This document shows, in pieces, positions 10,314-21,679 of a DNA stretch of 64,000 nucleotides. The translations under genes were made by a program, and so were the position numbers. Positions within the stretch are counted from its first letter, which is position 1, and the number at the start of each line of letters is the position of its first letter. The notes below the pieces were generated by a model. That model made no database searches, was not told the DNA's origin, and saw nothing but the letters and a program-made list of their open reading frames with translations. The DNA is taken from positions 58,925 through 122,924 of the forward strand of contig CAWDPO010000019.1 in the NCBI GenBank assembly GCA_963804165.1, in the 5' to 3' direction. The stretch comes from an uncultured delta proteobacterium. GTDB taxonomy: Bacteria > Desulfobacterota > Binatia > UBA9968.

Positions 10314-11537
10314 TCAGATGCTTTGTCTGGCCGGCGGTCTGGCGAGAAACATGAGAAGAGTCGACAGCAAACTGACGATCGCGAAGATGGTAAACGCGAC
10401 CGAGTAGCTTTTGGTGAAATCGTAGAACAGTCCGGCAAGGACCGGTCCCACAAACGTGCCCGCGGTGGTGATCGAACGGCTCACGCCCTGAATCGTCGCA
10501 AACGCTTTCGTGCCGAAATAGTCGGCGCGAATCGGCTCCTGCAAAGATGCCAGCCCGCCGTAGGCCAATGAATAGATGATCATGAACGTCGTGAAAGCGA
10601 ACGAACCGGCGGCCCACCCCATGACGCCTACCGAAACACTCAACGCCAACAAAAGCCCCATGATGAGTTTGCGCTTGTCGACCATGTCTCCCAGCCAGCC
10701 CATGCCGACGCGCGCGGGCGCCCCGATCAGCGCGGAGATCCCGAGCAGAGTGCTCGCCCCTTCCGTGCTCCAGCCGCGATCGACGAGTAGAATAACGAAG
10801 TGCACCGACACTCCCTCTGTCACCATATGGCGCAGCGCCATCGCGATCGAAAGAAACCAGAAGCTGTCGAGCCGCAGCACTTCCTTCAACGTGAACTGCG
10901 GGTCCAACGATCGTTGCGTGATCGAGCCGGCTCCAGGATTCGTTGCCAGAGCCAGTTCACGGTCCGCCTCCTCCGCTTGCGCGATTCTGTTGATCAAATA
11001 AGCGATCGGCAACCCGGCCGCCAAAAGCATGCAGCCGGAAGCCACCGCCGCGGTGCGCCAGCCCCACCAGACGATCATCGCTCCGACCAAGGGAACGATC
11101 GCGCCGGAAAGTCCCGGCCCCATGCGGAAGATGCCGAACGCGAGGCTGCGTCGTTCGTGGAATATTTTGGCGATGAGCAAGCTGATCGGCATGTGGTAGC
11201 CGAGACTCGAACCCAGCACGATGCCCAAGACGATGGCAACATAGAGCATCGGCAGCGAGTCGACGAAACTGAGCGCGACGAAACCGAGAACGCAAATCAC
11301 GATACCGATGTACATGATCCGCCGCGGTCCGACGCGATCGACGAAATAACCTTCAATTGGACCTAACAACCCTGATTCGACGCGCGCCAGCGAGAAAGCC
11401 CCGGAGATAGCTGTGCGGCTCCAATTGAACTCGCGCTCGAAGGACGGAAAGAACGCGCTCATGCCGAAATAGCTGAACCCGGTGTTGACCGCATGCGTAA
11501 TGCAGCCGAGGACGACCAGCCACCATTTGCGATCCAT
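10314..11537 (-). CDS. MFS transporter
   Basis: About 12 hydrophobic segments; GYFVDRVGPRR and GWLGDMVDKRK. Confidence 0.92.
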   Translation of the reverse strand: MDRKWWLVVLGCITHAVNTGFSYFGMSAFFPSFEREFNWSRTAISGAFSLARVESGLLGPIEGYFVDRVGPRRIMYIGIVICVLGFVALSFVDSLPMLYVAIVLGIVLGSSLGYHMPISLLIAKIFHERRSLAFGIFRMGPGLSGAIVPLVGAMIVWWGWRTAAVASGCMLLAAGLPIAYLINRIAQAEEADRELALATNPGAGSITQRSLDPQFTLKEVLRLDSFWFLSIAMALRHMVTEGVSVHFVILLVDRGWSTEGASTLLGISALIGAPARVGMGWLGDMVDKRKLIMGLLLALSVSVGVMGWAAGSFAFTTFMIIYSLAYGGLASLQEPIRADYFGTKAFATIQGVSRSITTAGTFVGPVLAGLFYDFTKSYSVAFTIFAIVSLLSTLLMFLARPPARQSI

Positions 11538-11917
11538 TACAAGGTGCGACTTTCAGGTTGCGTGACGAAAAGCACAGTACGGCACAACTCACTTTCACGA
11601 TGGCAGTACACGATCAGGCGCGATAGTACTATGAAGTACCCTGCGCGGTCTATGTTCTGCACTATCTGACCAGGCTCATCTTGTTCCACTCTAGGATCGG
11701 CAAATGCCGAATGGTATTTCGCTTATTCGACCAATCCTCAGTGCTCACAAATATTTACCGCGAAGATTGCATTCCGCTGCGGGAATTGGAAAAAAGAAGC
11801 AACCGATCTGCGCTCGATGCTCTGCGCTGCAGCATACTCGGTCACCAGTTGGCAATCATGAACGAGGCAAAACTCCTTGGGCTCTTGGTTCATAATCGAA
11901 ACGGATAACGCAGAACG

Positions 11918-13625
11918 ATGCCGCATAGCATAACCCTGATCACTACGATCGCTGCGGCTTTGGGGCTCGCCCTGATCCTGGGCTTCATCGCCGCTCGTCT
12001 CAAGCTGCCGCCGTTGGTGGGCTATTTGATTGCCGGCATCGTGATCGGTCCGGCCACACCGGGCTTTGTCGCCGACGTCGACCTCTCGCACCAGCTCGCT
12101 GAAATCGGCGTGATGCTCTTGATGTTTGGCGTCGGTCTGCACTTTTCCCTCGACGAACTCCTCGCCGTACGCCGCATCGCTCTGCCCGGCGCAGTCGTGC
12201 AAATCGCCGTTGCAACCCTACTCGGTACGGCCGTCGCCGCGATGTGGGGCTGGAGCCTTGCCGGCAGCATCGTCTTCGGCCTGGGCCTTTCGGTTGCGAG
12301 CACCGTCGTGCTTCTGAGAGCGCTGGAAAGCCGCGGCATATTAGAAACTGTCAACGGCCATATCGCCGTCGGCTGGCTCGTGGTCGAGGACTTGGTCATG
12401 GTCCTGGTGCTAGTGCTCCTGCCGCCGCTTGCGGCTTGGCTCGGGGATAGCGCGCGGGTCGTGCGGCGATCGGAGTCTGCTGACAACCCTCGCGCTCACG
12501 CTCGGCCAGGTCGCGGTCTTTATCGCGCTCATGCTGGTTGTCGGCCGGCGCGTTTTCCCATGGCTGCTCTGGCAGGTCGCCGGCACGGGTTCGCGCGAGC
12601 TGTTTACTCTGTGCGTCGTCGCCGCCGCCGTCGGTATCGCCTACGGCTCAGCCGCGTTGTTCGGTGTCTCCTTCGCTCTCGGTGCTTTTTTTGCCGGCAT
12701 GGTCATGCGCGAGTCGCCGTTGAGCTATCGGGCTGCCGAAGAATCATTGCCCCTCAGAGACGCTTTTTCAGTGTTGTTTTTTGTTTCGGTGGGCATGCTC
12801 TTCGAGCCGCAGGTGTTGATTCGCGAGCCGCTCCACGTGCTCGTGGTCATCGCGATCATCGTCGTCGGCAAATCCTTGGCCGCTTTTTTCCTCGTCCTGC
12901 TTTTTCGCTATCCGCTCAACACGGCGCTCACGGTATCGGCGAGCCTGGCGCAGATCGGCGAGTTTTCCTTTATTCTCGCCGGACTGGGAATCTCTCTCGG
13001 CATCATGCCGGCCGAAGGTCAGAGCCTGATTCTCGCCGGCGCGATCATTTCGATCGCCCTCAATCCGCTGGTGTTTCGCGCCATCGAGCCCGCGCAAGAC
13101 TGGATTCGCCGACGCTCAAAGCTCGCTCAAGCGCTGGAGCGTCCCGACGATCCGCTCGCGGCGTTGCCGATGACCGTCGATCTCAAGCGGCTTACGGGAC
13201 AGGTTGTTTTGGTCGGCTACGGCCGGGTGGGCAGGCGCATCGGCGAAGCTTTGACTGCGCAGGGTATACCCTTTGTCGTCGCCGAGGAAAATCGCGAGAT
13301 CGTCGAGAAGCTGCGCGCGATCGACATCCCGGCAGTCTCTGGCGATGCCTCCGACCCCGCCGTTTTGATCCAGGCGCATATCCATCGCGCGCGCATGCTG
13401 GTGATTGCCACGCCGGATACACTTAACGTTCGGCGCATGATCGAGACCGCGCGCACGGTCAATCCTCGAGTCGAGATTATCGTGCGCACGCACAGCGAAG
13501 AAGAGGCCGTGCTGCTGGAAAAAGAAAACGCTGGAACGGTTTTTTTCGGAGAGCACGAGCTCGCCCGCAGCATGATCCATCACGTCTTGGAGCGCTACAC
13601 GGCAGGACCGCAGGAACGCCATTAA
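11918..13625 (+). CDS. ybaL: Kef-family (CPA2) cation:proton antiporter with TrkA_N domain (frameshift near 12460)
   Basis: MPHSITLITTIAA start, LAEIGVMLLMFGVGLHFS, LAQIGEFSFIL, VGYGRVG. Confidence 0.9.
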
Positions 13626-13776
13626 TGTGGTGTCGCCGAAGTTCGTTGATTGTTTCGCGCCGGGCCGTTTTGACGTTCCTCCCTTTGACTAACGGAGGTT
13701 AGGAGGGATTTTTAGAGTTGAACCGTTTGCTACTCTTCGTTGACACGCTCCGACTGGTGGCGTAGCGTTTTCACCG

Positions 13777-15165
13777 ATGTGGACCATCCGTGCAACGTCT
13801 GTTACCGTAAAGCATGCCACGACCCATCGATTCGAAAGCTCCCGCCGCTTGTCGCTCACATTTTTTGCGATCCTGATGATCATGCCCATCGTCGCACCTA
13901 ACTCAACTTCGTTCGCGCAAACCTCGCCCGCCGAAGAGGCGCTCGTCAAGCGAGCCCAGGCGATTCACGAGAAGGTGATCAACCTCGATACTCACATTGA
14001 TTTCGAACCGGGCAATTTGACCGGCGAGAGCAATTATACCCAGCGTCTCGAAACCCAGTTCAATCTGCCGAATATGTTCGACGGCGGCCTCGACGCGCTG
14101 TTCCTCATCATCTACGTCGGCCAGACGCGGGAGGCGCAGAATCCGGATGCGCTTACACCAGCCGGTTACGAGCGCGCCTACAAGCTCGCGGTTGAGAAAT
14201 TTGACGCGGTCAAACGCTTTACCAGGGAGATTGCGCCGGACAAGATCGAGCTCGCGCTCAGCGCCGCCGACGTTCGCCGAATCCATGCCAAGGGTAAAAA
14301 AGTTGCTCTCATGGGCGTCGAGAACGGCTATCCGCTCGGCGAAGACATCGCCCGTGTCAAGGAATTCTACGATCGCGGCGCGCGCTATTTGTCGCTGACA
14401 CACAACGGTCACAACCAGCTCGCCGACTCACACACCGGCGAGCGCGACGGCTGGAAGTGGAACGGCGTGTCGCCATTCGGCAAACAAGTCATCGCCGAAT
14501 TGAATCGCCTCGGCATCATGGTCGACGTATCGCACGCGTCCAAAGAATCAATGATGCGAACCGCAGCGATTTCGAAGGTGCCGATCATCGCATCCCACTC
14601 CGCCGCACGCGCCCTTTGCGACGTGAGCCGAAACATGGACGACGAGCAGTTGCTGGCGCTAAAGAGAACCGGCGGCGTCATCCAAGTCGTCGCCTATAGC
14701 AGCTTCGTCAAAACGACCAAACCGGACTCCCCGGAACGTGCCGCCGCTCTAGCCGCAGCCAGGAAAGAGTACAATTTGCCTGAGCCGACAGGCCCCGGCC
14801 AACGTGCACGCTTCCAATCGTCCTTGAAGGCAATGCCGGCAGAGCGCCGAGCAGAATACGAAAACAAACTCGCCGAGATCGACAAGCAACACCCCGGCGA
14901 CCCGCTCGTCAACCTCAAAGACTTCGTCGATCACATCGACCACGCCGTAAAGTTAATCGGCATCGACCATGTCGGTATCTCGTCCGACTTCGACGGCGGC
15001 GGCGGAGTCGTCGGTTGGAACGACGCCAGCGAAACGTTCAACGTGACTCTGGAACTCGTCCGCCGCGGTTATACGGAAGAGCAAATCGAAAAACTCTGGG
15101 GCGGGAATCTGCTGCGCGTGATGGATGAAGCACAGCGCGTCGCGAACGATATTCAGAAACAGTAG
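13777..15165 (+). CDS. Membrane dipeptidase (peptidase M19); true start probably downstream of 13777
   Basis: Motifs DTHID, MGVENG, SLTHNGHN, VDVSH, IASHS, SDFDGG, GGNLLRV. Confidence 0.92.
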   Translation: MWTIRATSVTVKHATTHRFESSRRLSLTFFAILMIMPIVAPNSTSFAQTSPAEEALVKRAQAIHEKVINLDTHIDFEPGNLTGESNYTQRLETQFNLPNMFDGGLDALFLIIYVGQTREAQNPDALTPAGYERAYKLAVEKFDAVKRFTREIAPDKIELALSAADVRRIHAKGKKVALMGVENGYPLGEDIARVKEFYDRGARYLSLTHNGHNQLADSHTGERDGWKWNGVSPFGKQVIAELNRLGIMVDVSHASKESMMRTAAISKVPIIASHSAARALCDVSRNMDDEQLLALKRTGGVIQVVAYSSFVKTTKPDSPERAAALAAARKEYNLPEPTGPGQRARFQSSLKAMPAERRAEYENKLAEIDKQHPGDPLVNLKDFVDHIDHAVKLIGIDHVGISSDFDGGGGVVGWNDASETFNVTLELVRRGYTEEQIEKLWGGNLLRVMDEAQRVANDIQKQ

Positions 15166-15233
15166 GAGTAGTCGAAGTCTGACGTTTCTCAATTTTGTGT
15201 GACACAACCTACCCAAACCATCTGGAGGTGAAT

Positions 15234-15545
15234 ATGCGATTTTTACTGAAGGTCAACATTCCCGTTGAGTCCGGGAACGCGGCCGCGAGAGCCGGCAAAC
15301 TCGGTGCGACCATCAATTCCATTCTGGCGGATTTGAAACCGGAGGCCGTCTATTTTACCGACAACAACGGTCAGCGCTCGGGTTTCATTTTTCTCGACAT
15401 GCAAGATGCTTCTCAGATCCCAGCCATCGCCGAGCCGTGGTTCCTCGCGTTCAATGCAAGCGTAGAGATTCATCCTGTCATGATACCGGACGACCTAGCC
15501 AAGGCCGGCGGCGCCATCGAGAATGCGGTCAAGAAATACGCCTGA
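15234..15545 (+). CDS. Small conserved hypothetical protein (DUF3303/GYD-like)
   Basis: GGAGG RBS; KPEAVYF, SQIPAIAEPWF, HPVMIPDDL. Confidence 0.7.
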   Translation: MRFLLKVNIPVESGNAAARAGKLGATINSILADLKPEAVYFTDNNGQRSGFIFLDMQDASQIPAIAEPWFLAFNASVEIHPVMIPDDLAKAGGAIENAVKKYA

Positions 15546-15701
15546 CCGCTCACGCGCCTTCTAAGAAGCGGTTCGACCGGTTCGGGAGTGAAGTCGTTGG
15601 GACAGGCCCTTCAATCTCACATTGTCGCAAAGCAAGTCGCCAACGCTGCAAACGTCGCGGGCTAAAGTTGTGCAGTTGGCAACAGATGGCTTACGTTAAC
15701 G

Positions 15702-16328
15702 ATGCCGACTGAAGAATTTGAAGATGTGCTCCGGTTCTGGTTTCCCCAGCAACTGAGCGGCGATTATGCGGCGATGGGACGCCAATTGGAATGGTGGTTT
15801 CGCGGAGGAGCGGACTCTACCATCATCGAGCGATTTTCATCACTGCTGGAACGAGCAGTACGAGGTGAACTCGATCACTGGTCGCACGGGCCACGAGGTC
15901 GGCTCGCGCTTATCGTCGTCCTCGATCAGTTCTCCCGAACAATCTATCGGGACACTAGGCGCGCATTTACACAAGATCAGAAGGCTCTCGGTCTCGCACT
16001 TCAAGGAATTGAGATTGGTCACTACCCGGCCCTCGATACTCCGTGGGAGAAGACTTTTTTCATCTTACCCTTGGGGCACTCTGAGGAGTTAACGCACTTG
16101 GAAACCGTGGTAAAGCTTGCGGAGGAACTCGTGAAACAGGCGCCATCGGAGCTACGCAGAGGTCTGGAGCACTCTGCGTCGCAAGCCCGTGGACATCGAG
16201 ATGTAATTGCCCGCTTCGGTCGTCATCCTCATCGCAACGCAGTCTTAGGAAGACAATCAACCGCAGAGGAGCTCGACTACCTTGCCAGCGGCCAACTCGT
16301 ACACACGCGTCCGCTACCGCATTACTAA
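15702..16328 (+). CDS. DUF924 family protein
   Basis: Motifs VLRFWF, LALIVVLDQFSRTIYR, LPLGHSE, RFGRHPHRNAVLGR. Confidence 0.9.
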   Translation: MPTEEFEDVLRFWFPQQLSGDYAAMGRQLEWWFRGGADSTIIERFSSLLERAVRGELDHWSHGPRGRLALIVVLDQFSRTIYRDTRRAFTQDQKALGLALQGIEIGHYPALDTPWEKTFFILPLGHSEELTHLETVVKLAEELVKQAPSELRRGLEHSASQARGHRDVIARFGRHPHRNAVLGRQSTAEELDYLASGQLVHTRPLPHY

Positions 16329-16566
16329 TCGGACAAAATTCCGGGTACACATACTTTTTTTCGGAAAGTAAATTAGGGCAAGTTAGGCAAGTCAGACACC
16401 GGCGACAGCACTGCGGCTTAGAGGTGCGTAAGAGAGGTGCGTGAGATCAGTACATCACCTATCTCCGAGTCGTACGAGGGGTTAGGAAACAGAGTATGAC
16501 GCACATTGCCAATGACAGACGACGTGGACTTGCCAAAGTGTGAAAACAATCCGAGGGAAACAAAAA

Positions 16567-17512
16567 ATGAAGCCGATACTTTTGTCCGGCGCTTTTGCTC
16601 TTGCGCTGACCGCCATCTCGTTTAACGCGACCGCCGAAGTCGTCAACATTGGGATTTCCACGGTGGGTCTTTACGAGTTGCCGACGGAAATTTCCAAGCG
16701 CAAGGGTTTCTATCAGGAAGAAGGACTTGACGTGCGCAAGATCGTGGTGCGGACGCCGCTCCACGTCGCGGCGCTGCTCGCGGGCGAGTTGGACTATTCG
16801 ACCGTAACGGGAATCATTTTGAGCGCCAGCGTGCAGGGAATGCCTCTCAAGTCGGTTATGGGGTGGTTCGACAAACCGCTGCATATGCTGATCGCCCGTC
16901 CGAATATTAAAAAGATCACCGATCTCAAGGACAAAAAGGTTGCCGTAAGCACCTATGGGTCGATCCCCCACGTCATGCTGCGCGAGGCGCTCGCCGCCCC
17001 CGGCATGAATCCGGAAAAGGATATCACCGTGCTTGCCCTCGGCGGCTCGGGAGACAGACTGGCGGCGTTGGCGGCGGGTATTGTCGATGCAACGCCGCTG
17101 GATGTGGCCTACATTCAGCGAACCGAAAAACTCGCTTCAATAATCTGCTCTATCTCGGCGACGTCGTAAACCTGCGTCTTGGCGGCTTCGCCGTCAATAC
17201 GGACAAGATTCAGCGCCATCCAGAACAAATTTCACGAGTAGTCCGGGCTACGCTGAAAGGAGTGAGGTTCCTGAAAACCAACAAGCCGGAGCCGCTCGCG
17301 ATCATGCGCGACTACCTCAAAATAAGCGGCGATTACGTGGAAAAGATTTACCAGTTCGCCATGAGATCACTCAATGAGGATGGCCTCGTTGCGAAGAACA
17401 GTTTGGATAACGAGATCCGTCTGGCGCGAGAGCAGCTCAAAATCAAGAACAAGTCCCCGAATCCAAGGTCGCCGAATGGAAATTTATCAAGGAGATTCTC
17501 GCTAAACGATAA
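16567..17512 (+). CDS. ABC substrate-binding protein, NMT1/SsuA-like (frameshifted)
   Basis: GFYQEEGLDV, DLKDKKVAVS; continues in ORF 17262..17585 and ends WKFIKEILAKR*. Confidence 0.82.
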
Positions 17513-17567
17513 CCCTACAACTCCGCGACGCGAATCGGTGAATCCGCATAGTGAATCCGGGATCCGG

Positions 17568-17613
17568 AATCCGTGTCAGGCTTGACAGATTGACAGATTG
17601 ACAGATAGGAAAC
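17568..17613 (+). repeat. Direct repeat copy 1: AATCCGTGTCAGGC(TTGACAGA)3TAGGAAAC-type motif
   Basis: Second copy at 21435..21472, with one fewer GACAGAT heptamer. Confidence 0.8.
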
Positions 17614-17618
17614 CAAGT

Positions 17619-17764
17619 ATCAGGCGGGCGCCAAGGTTATTGAAAGTCCGGTGGAACGTATGGGCGGGCGCGACAATGGTCGCGCGAAGGGCACAAGCCT
17701 CTACGTCGTGACCCCGATTCCAACCTCCTAGAATTCATTATCTATTCGGACGGAGGAGCCGTCT
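17619..17764 (+). pseudogene. Degenerate 3' fragment of a VOC gene
   Basis: Aligns by eye with 22687..22833 (CAGGCGGGCGCCAAGGTTATTGAA..GGCACAAGCCTCTACGT..); no start codon and an indel. Confidence 0.85.
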
Positions 17765-18491
17765 GGCAGCACGTTGGAGCCGAATACGGCGGCTGCTAGC
17801 CTTGAGGCATCTAAGCGAATACCGAAGCTCTGGTAAAGGGCGTTAGCTTGCAGCCCGTCGCGAATCTGAAGTATCAGAGAAAAATTTCTCCCTTGGGTCG
17901 AATGACAATGCGTGCACTTTGCGCGGGTTACTCTCCGGCCTGCTTCTTTATTTTACGTTTCTTGCTTTAAATCTCTTTCCCCGTCTTGCGGCTCCGCCGC
18001 GCCAAGCTCTTCGTGCTCTATCCGCGTCTGCCTCGGCGCCGAAGCCGAGCACGGTCGAAATATTTTGCAGCTTCACATTGCCGACGCCGGTTCGACATTT
18101 TCCTCACTTCGCGGGGAATCCGATCGTAAATTCCTAACGGGAGACAAGAAGCCGAATATCCACGCAAGGAGGGCATATATAAAGGAGCGATATAAATCTA
18201 TTCGCAAATTAAGCAGTGCCAGCAGCGGCACGTGCCGAACGCTCTTATTGAACGGCAGCAGATATCCAATCCGCTGGGATGTGCTGCAGCTTGATTGTCT
18301 CTGATGCGTAGATTCCCACAGTAGAAATGCCTTCTCTCAGTAACCTGTTTGGAGAGTTTTTGCCTACTGCTCTACGACTTATGGCAAGATTGGGCAGCTT
18401 GACGAAAACCTCGCACTGTACTAGGTAGCAGAGCGGTCCATCACATAGAAGTGTAGTTGACAACTGTAAGCTAGTAGCTAGCTAGGGAACG

Positions 18492-21344
18492 ATGCAGGAG
18501 GATTTCATGTCACAGAGACCCCCCACCTTGATGCTCCCCACGTTGATGCATCTCTTCCTCGTCTACGTCCTTTTACATGCAATGCTAGGAACAGGTGAAA
18601 CGGCTCAGGCACCGTTGCGACCAAACGACCACGTCGCTGATGAAGTCCTCGTCAGATTCAAAACAGGGATCGCCGAAACCGCTAGGAACTCGGCGCGATT
18701 AACGGTTGCCGGGACACGCCGAAAAACATTTCGTACCCTCGAAGGTTTGGAGCTTATCAAGCTTCCATCCAACCTGACCGCGCGCGTAGCAATCGAGATT
18801 CTTCAACGACACCCAGACATTCTATACGCGGAACCGAATTACATCCTGCGAACAACTAACGTTCCGAACGACACTCGTTTTAGCGAACTTTGGGCATTAA
18901 GCAACTTCGGCCAGGCCGGGGGGACCGCAGGGGCCGATATTGAGGCGGTTGCCGCCTGGGACTTAAGCACGGGAACCAGCAACACGATCATTGCCGTCAT
19001 CGATTCGGGCGTGGACTACAACCATCCAGATCTTTCCCCGAACATGTTCCGCAATACCGCGGACTGCAACTCGAACGGCATCGATGACGACGGCAACGGC
19101 TATATCGACGACTGTTACGGCATCGACACGGCGAATAACGATTCCAACCCCATGGATGACAACAACCACGGTACCCACGTTGCGGGTACCATTGGCGCAG
19201 TGGGAAACAACAACCGTGGCGTCGTTGGTATTAATTGGGATGTTCGTCTCCTAGCTTGCAAATTTGTTGACTCCAGTGGTTCCGGTACGACGGGAGACGC
19301 AATCGATTGCCTCGAGTATGTGAAGATCATGAAAGATCGTGGCTACAACATTGTCGCAACGAGTAATAGCTGGGGCGGGGGAGATTACTCGCAGGCATTG
19401 TTTGACGCGATCGAGGCCCAGCACCAGCGCGGCATTTTGTTTATCTCGGCAGCGGGTAATGGAGACTTTTTTGGATTTGGCCTCGATAATGATCAGACCA
19501 GTTTTTATCCCTGCGACTACTTCTTGCCGAACGTAATCTGCGTGGCTTCGACCACGCGCACGGACTCACGCTCAACATTCTCTAATTATGGTCGCCGGAC
19601 GGTGCATATTGGCGCCCCCGGTAGCGACATCTTGAGCACGATACGGAACAACAGCTACTCAACATTAAGCGGCACATCAATGGCTACGCCTCACGTGAGC
19701 GGAGTTGCCGCGTTGCTCAAGGCGCAAGAGCCAAGTCGAGATTGGAGAGCCATTAAAAATCTAATCCTTGCCGGTGGTGACAATATCGCATCGATGGAGG
19801 ATACGGTTTCGCAGAAACGCCTCAATGCACGGGGTGCTTTAAGTTGTTCGACCTCTCCATTAAATTCACGACTCCGCCCTATTAACAATGCAATTGACGG
19901 GTCCGTTGGAATAACGATCAACTTGGTCGCGCTGAACATCGATTGTGCTAATCCCGCGGGCGAACTCAACGTCTCGGTAAGTCCTAGTGCCAAGACAATC
20001 ACATTGCTGGATAACGGACTCGGAAACGATCAATCCGCCGGAGACGGTATTTATTCGGGGCAATGGATACCAACGAGCGATGGCGTCTTCACCTTAGCAT
20101 TCTCGGGAAGCGATTCGGTAACAGTTACCGTGGCGGCCCCAAACATCAGTGTAAGCCCAAGTTCAATCAATTTTGGTACGGTTAACCTAGGTGTTCAAGT
20201 TGACAAGCCTTTTATAGTCAAGAATATCGGCGGAGGCCTGCTGGCGGGAGAAGCCAGCACCATAGCCCCGTTCAGCGTGGTATCGGGTGGCTCTTATGAA
20301 TTGGGCGCCGGACAGAGCCAATCTATTGTGGTCCGCTTCGCTCCAAATGCGCTCGGAAGCTTCAGCGGCAACGTAAATTTTTCCGGAGCGGCAGGGGATT
20401 CACGAACGGTATCCGGGACCGCCGTTAGTCCGGCAACCCTTACGGCGACGCCAACGAGCATTGGCGCCGGTGGAACAATCACAGCGGCCTGGAGCGGGAT
20501 CGCCTCTCCTACCACGCAAGACTGGATTGGTCTGTATCTCCCGAGCGCGCCTCAAGGTTCATCAACCCCGTCGCTCGCATGGCGTTATACGACAGGGGCC
20601 GCCAGCGGAAATGTCCCTTTGACTATTCCCGCCACACTCGCCCCGGGCACCTACCAGCTGCGGCTGTTCGCCAATAACGGTTATACCCGACTCGCTGTCA
20701 GTAATTCCTTTGTCGTTGCCGCGTCGCAACCCGCGACCCTTACGGCGACGCCAACGAGCATTGGCGCCGGTGGAACAATCACAGCGGCCTGGAGCGGGAT
20801 CGCCTCCCCTACCACGAAAGACTGGATTGGTCTGTATCTCTCGAGCGCGCCTCAAGGTTCATCAACCCCGTCGCTCGCATGGCGTTATACGACAGGGGCC
20901 GCCAGCGGAAATGTCCCTTTGACTATTCCCGCCACACTCGCCCCGGGCACCTACCAGCTGCGGCTGTTCGCCAATAACGGTTATACCCGACTCGCTGTCA
21001 GTAATTCCTTTGTCGTTACCGCGTCGCAACCCGCGACCCTTACGGCGACGCCAACGAGCATTGGCGCCGGTGGAACAATCACAGCGGCCTGGAGCGGGAT
21101 CGCCTCCCCTACCACGAAAGACTGGATTGGTCTGTATCTCCCGAGCGCGCCTCAAGGTTCATCAACCCCGTCGCTCGCATGGCGTTATACGACAGGGGCC
21201 GCCAGCGGAAATGTCCCTTTGACTATTCCCGCCACACTCGCCCCGGGCACCTACCAGCTGCGGCTGTTCGCCAATAACGGTTATACCCGACTCGCTGTCA
21301 GTAATTCCTTTGTCGTTACATCTGCGGTTCTCGCATCTAAATAG
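18492..21344 (+). CDS. Secreted S8 subtilisin-like protease with propeptide, Ig-like accessory domains and 3 C-terminal repeats
   Basis: Catalytic triad motifs IAVIDSG, HGTHVAG, GTSMATPHV; LLDNG..DQSAGDGIYSG motif; three DWIGLY repeats. Confidence 0.95.
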   Translation: MQEDFMSQRPPTLMLPTLMHLFLVYVLLHAMLGTGETAQAPLRPNDHVADEVLVRFKTGIAETARNSARLTVAGTRRKTFRTLEGLELIKLPSNLTARVAIEILQRHPDILYAEPNYILRTTNVPNDTRFSELWALSNFGQAGGTAGADIEAVAAWDLSTGTSNTIIAVIDSGVDYNHPDLSPNMFRNTADCNSNGIDDDGNGYIDDCYGIDTANNDSNPMDDNNHGTHVAGTIGAVGNNNRGVVGINWDVRLLACKFVDSSGSGTTGDAIDCLEYVKIMKDRGYNIVATSNSWGGGDYSQALFDAIEAQHQRGILFISAAGNGDFFGFGLDNDQTSFYPCDYFLPNVICVASTTRTDSRSTFSNYGRRTVHIGAPGSDILSTIRNNSYSTLSGTSMATPHVSGVAALLKAQEPSRDWRAIKNLILAGGDNIASMEDTVSQKRLNARGALSCSTSPLNSRLRPINNAIDGSVGITINLVALNIDCANPAGELNVSVSPSAKTITLLDNGLGNDQSAGDGIYSGQWIPTSDGVFTLAFSGSDSVTVTVAAPNISVSPSSINFGTVNLGVQVDKPFIVKNIGGGLLAGEASTIAPFSVVSGGSYELGAGQSQSIVVRFAPNALGSFSGNVNFSGAAGDSRTVSGTAVSPATLTATPTSIGAGGTITAAWSGIASPTTQDWIGLYLPSAPQGSSTPSLAWRYTTGAASGNVPLTIPATLAPGTYQLRLFANNGYTRLAVSNSFVVAASQPATLTATPTSIGAGGTITAAWSGIASPTTKDWIGLYLSSAPQGSSTPSLAWRYTTGAASGNVPLTIPATLAPGTYQLRLFANNGYTRLAVSNSFVVTASQPATLTATPTSIGAGGTITAAWSGIASPTTKDWIGLYLPSAPQGSSTPSLAWRYTTGAASGNVPLTIPATLAPGTYQLRLFANNGYTRLAVSNSFVVTSAVLASK
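20436..21319 (+). repeat. Three near-identical in-frame 300-bp tandem repeats
   Basis: The sequence repeats at an exact 300-nt offset, with only about 4 substitutions seen between units. Confidence 0.98.
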
Positions 21345-21355
21345 GCTGAAAAAAT

Positions 21356-21381
21356 GAAGGGACGGCTTTAGCCGTCCCTTC
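21356..21381. terminator. Hairpin GAAGGGACGGCT-TT-AGCCGTCCCTTC (terminator or REP)
   Basis: Perfect 12-bp stem just after the S8 stop codon. Confidence 0.6.
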
Positions 21382-21434
21382 CGGCAAATAGAGTGGCGTC
21401 TGCACACGTGAAATCCGAAATCCGAAATCCGCGA

Positions 21435-21472
21435 AATCCGTGTCAGGCTTGACAGATTGACAGATAGGAAAC
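21435..21472 (+). repeat. Direct repeat copy 2, preceded by AAATCCG heptamers
   Basis: Matches 17568..17613. Confidence 0.8.
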
Positions 21473-21679
21473 ATGGACCGATCGTGAGACACGCAATCAA
21501 GCCGCGTCCGCCACATGTTCACATTGATGCAAGAATTGGCTAAATAAACTCTCTTTACATCATCTTAAACGAACTTCGCCCCGATCATCCTTCTCCGCGA
21601 TTCAGCCGGGTTGTTGGGACTGTTGCGCGCGACTGCCGGGATGAAATAAATATTGTCGGGATTTTCTCTCAATTGAATT

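Noticed and set aside
17912-18463. Short ORFs upstream of the S8 protease
   Set aside because: No RBS or motif support; more likely a promoter region or decayed DNA
20436-21319. 300-bp repeats as a CRISPR array or DGR template/variable repeats
   Set aside because: They are in-frame coding repeats with no spacers, and there is no cas gene or reverse transcriptase in the window
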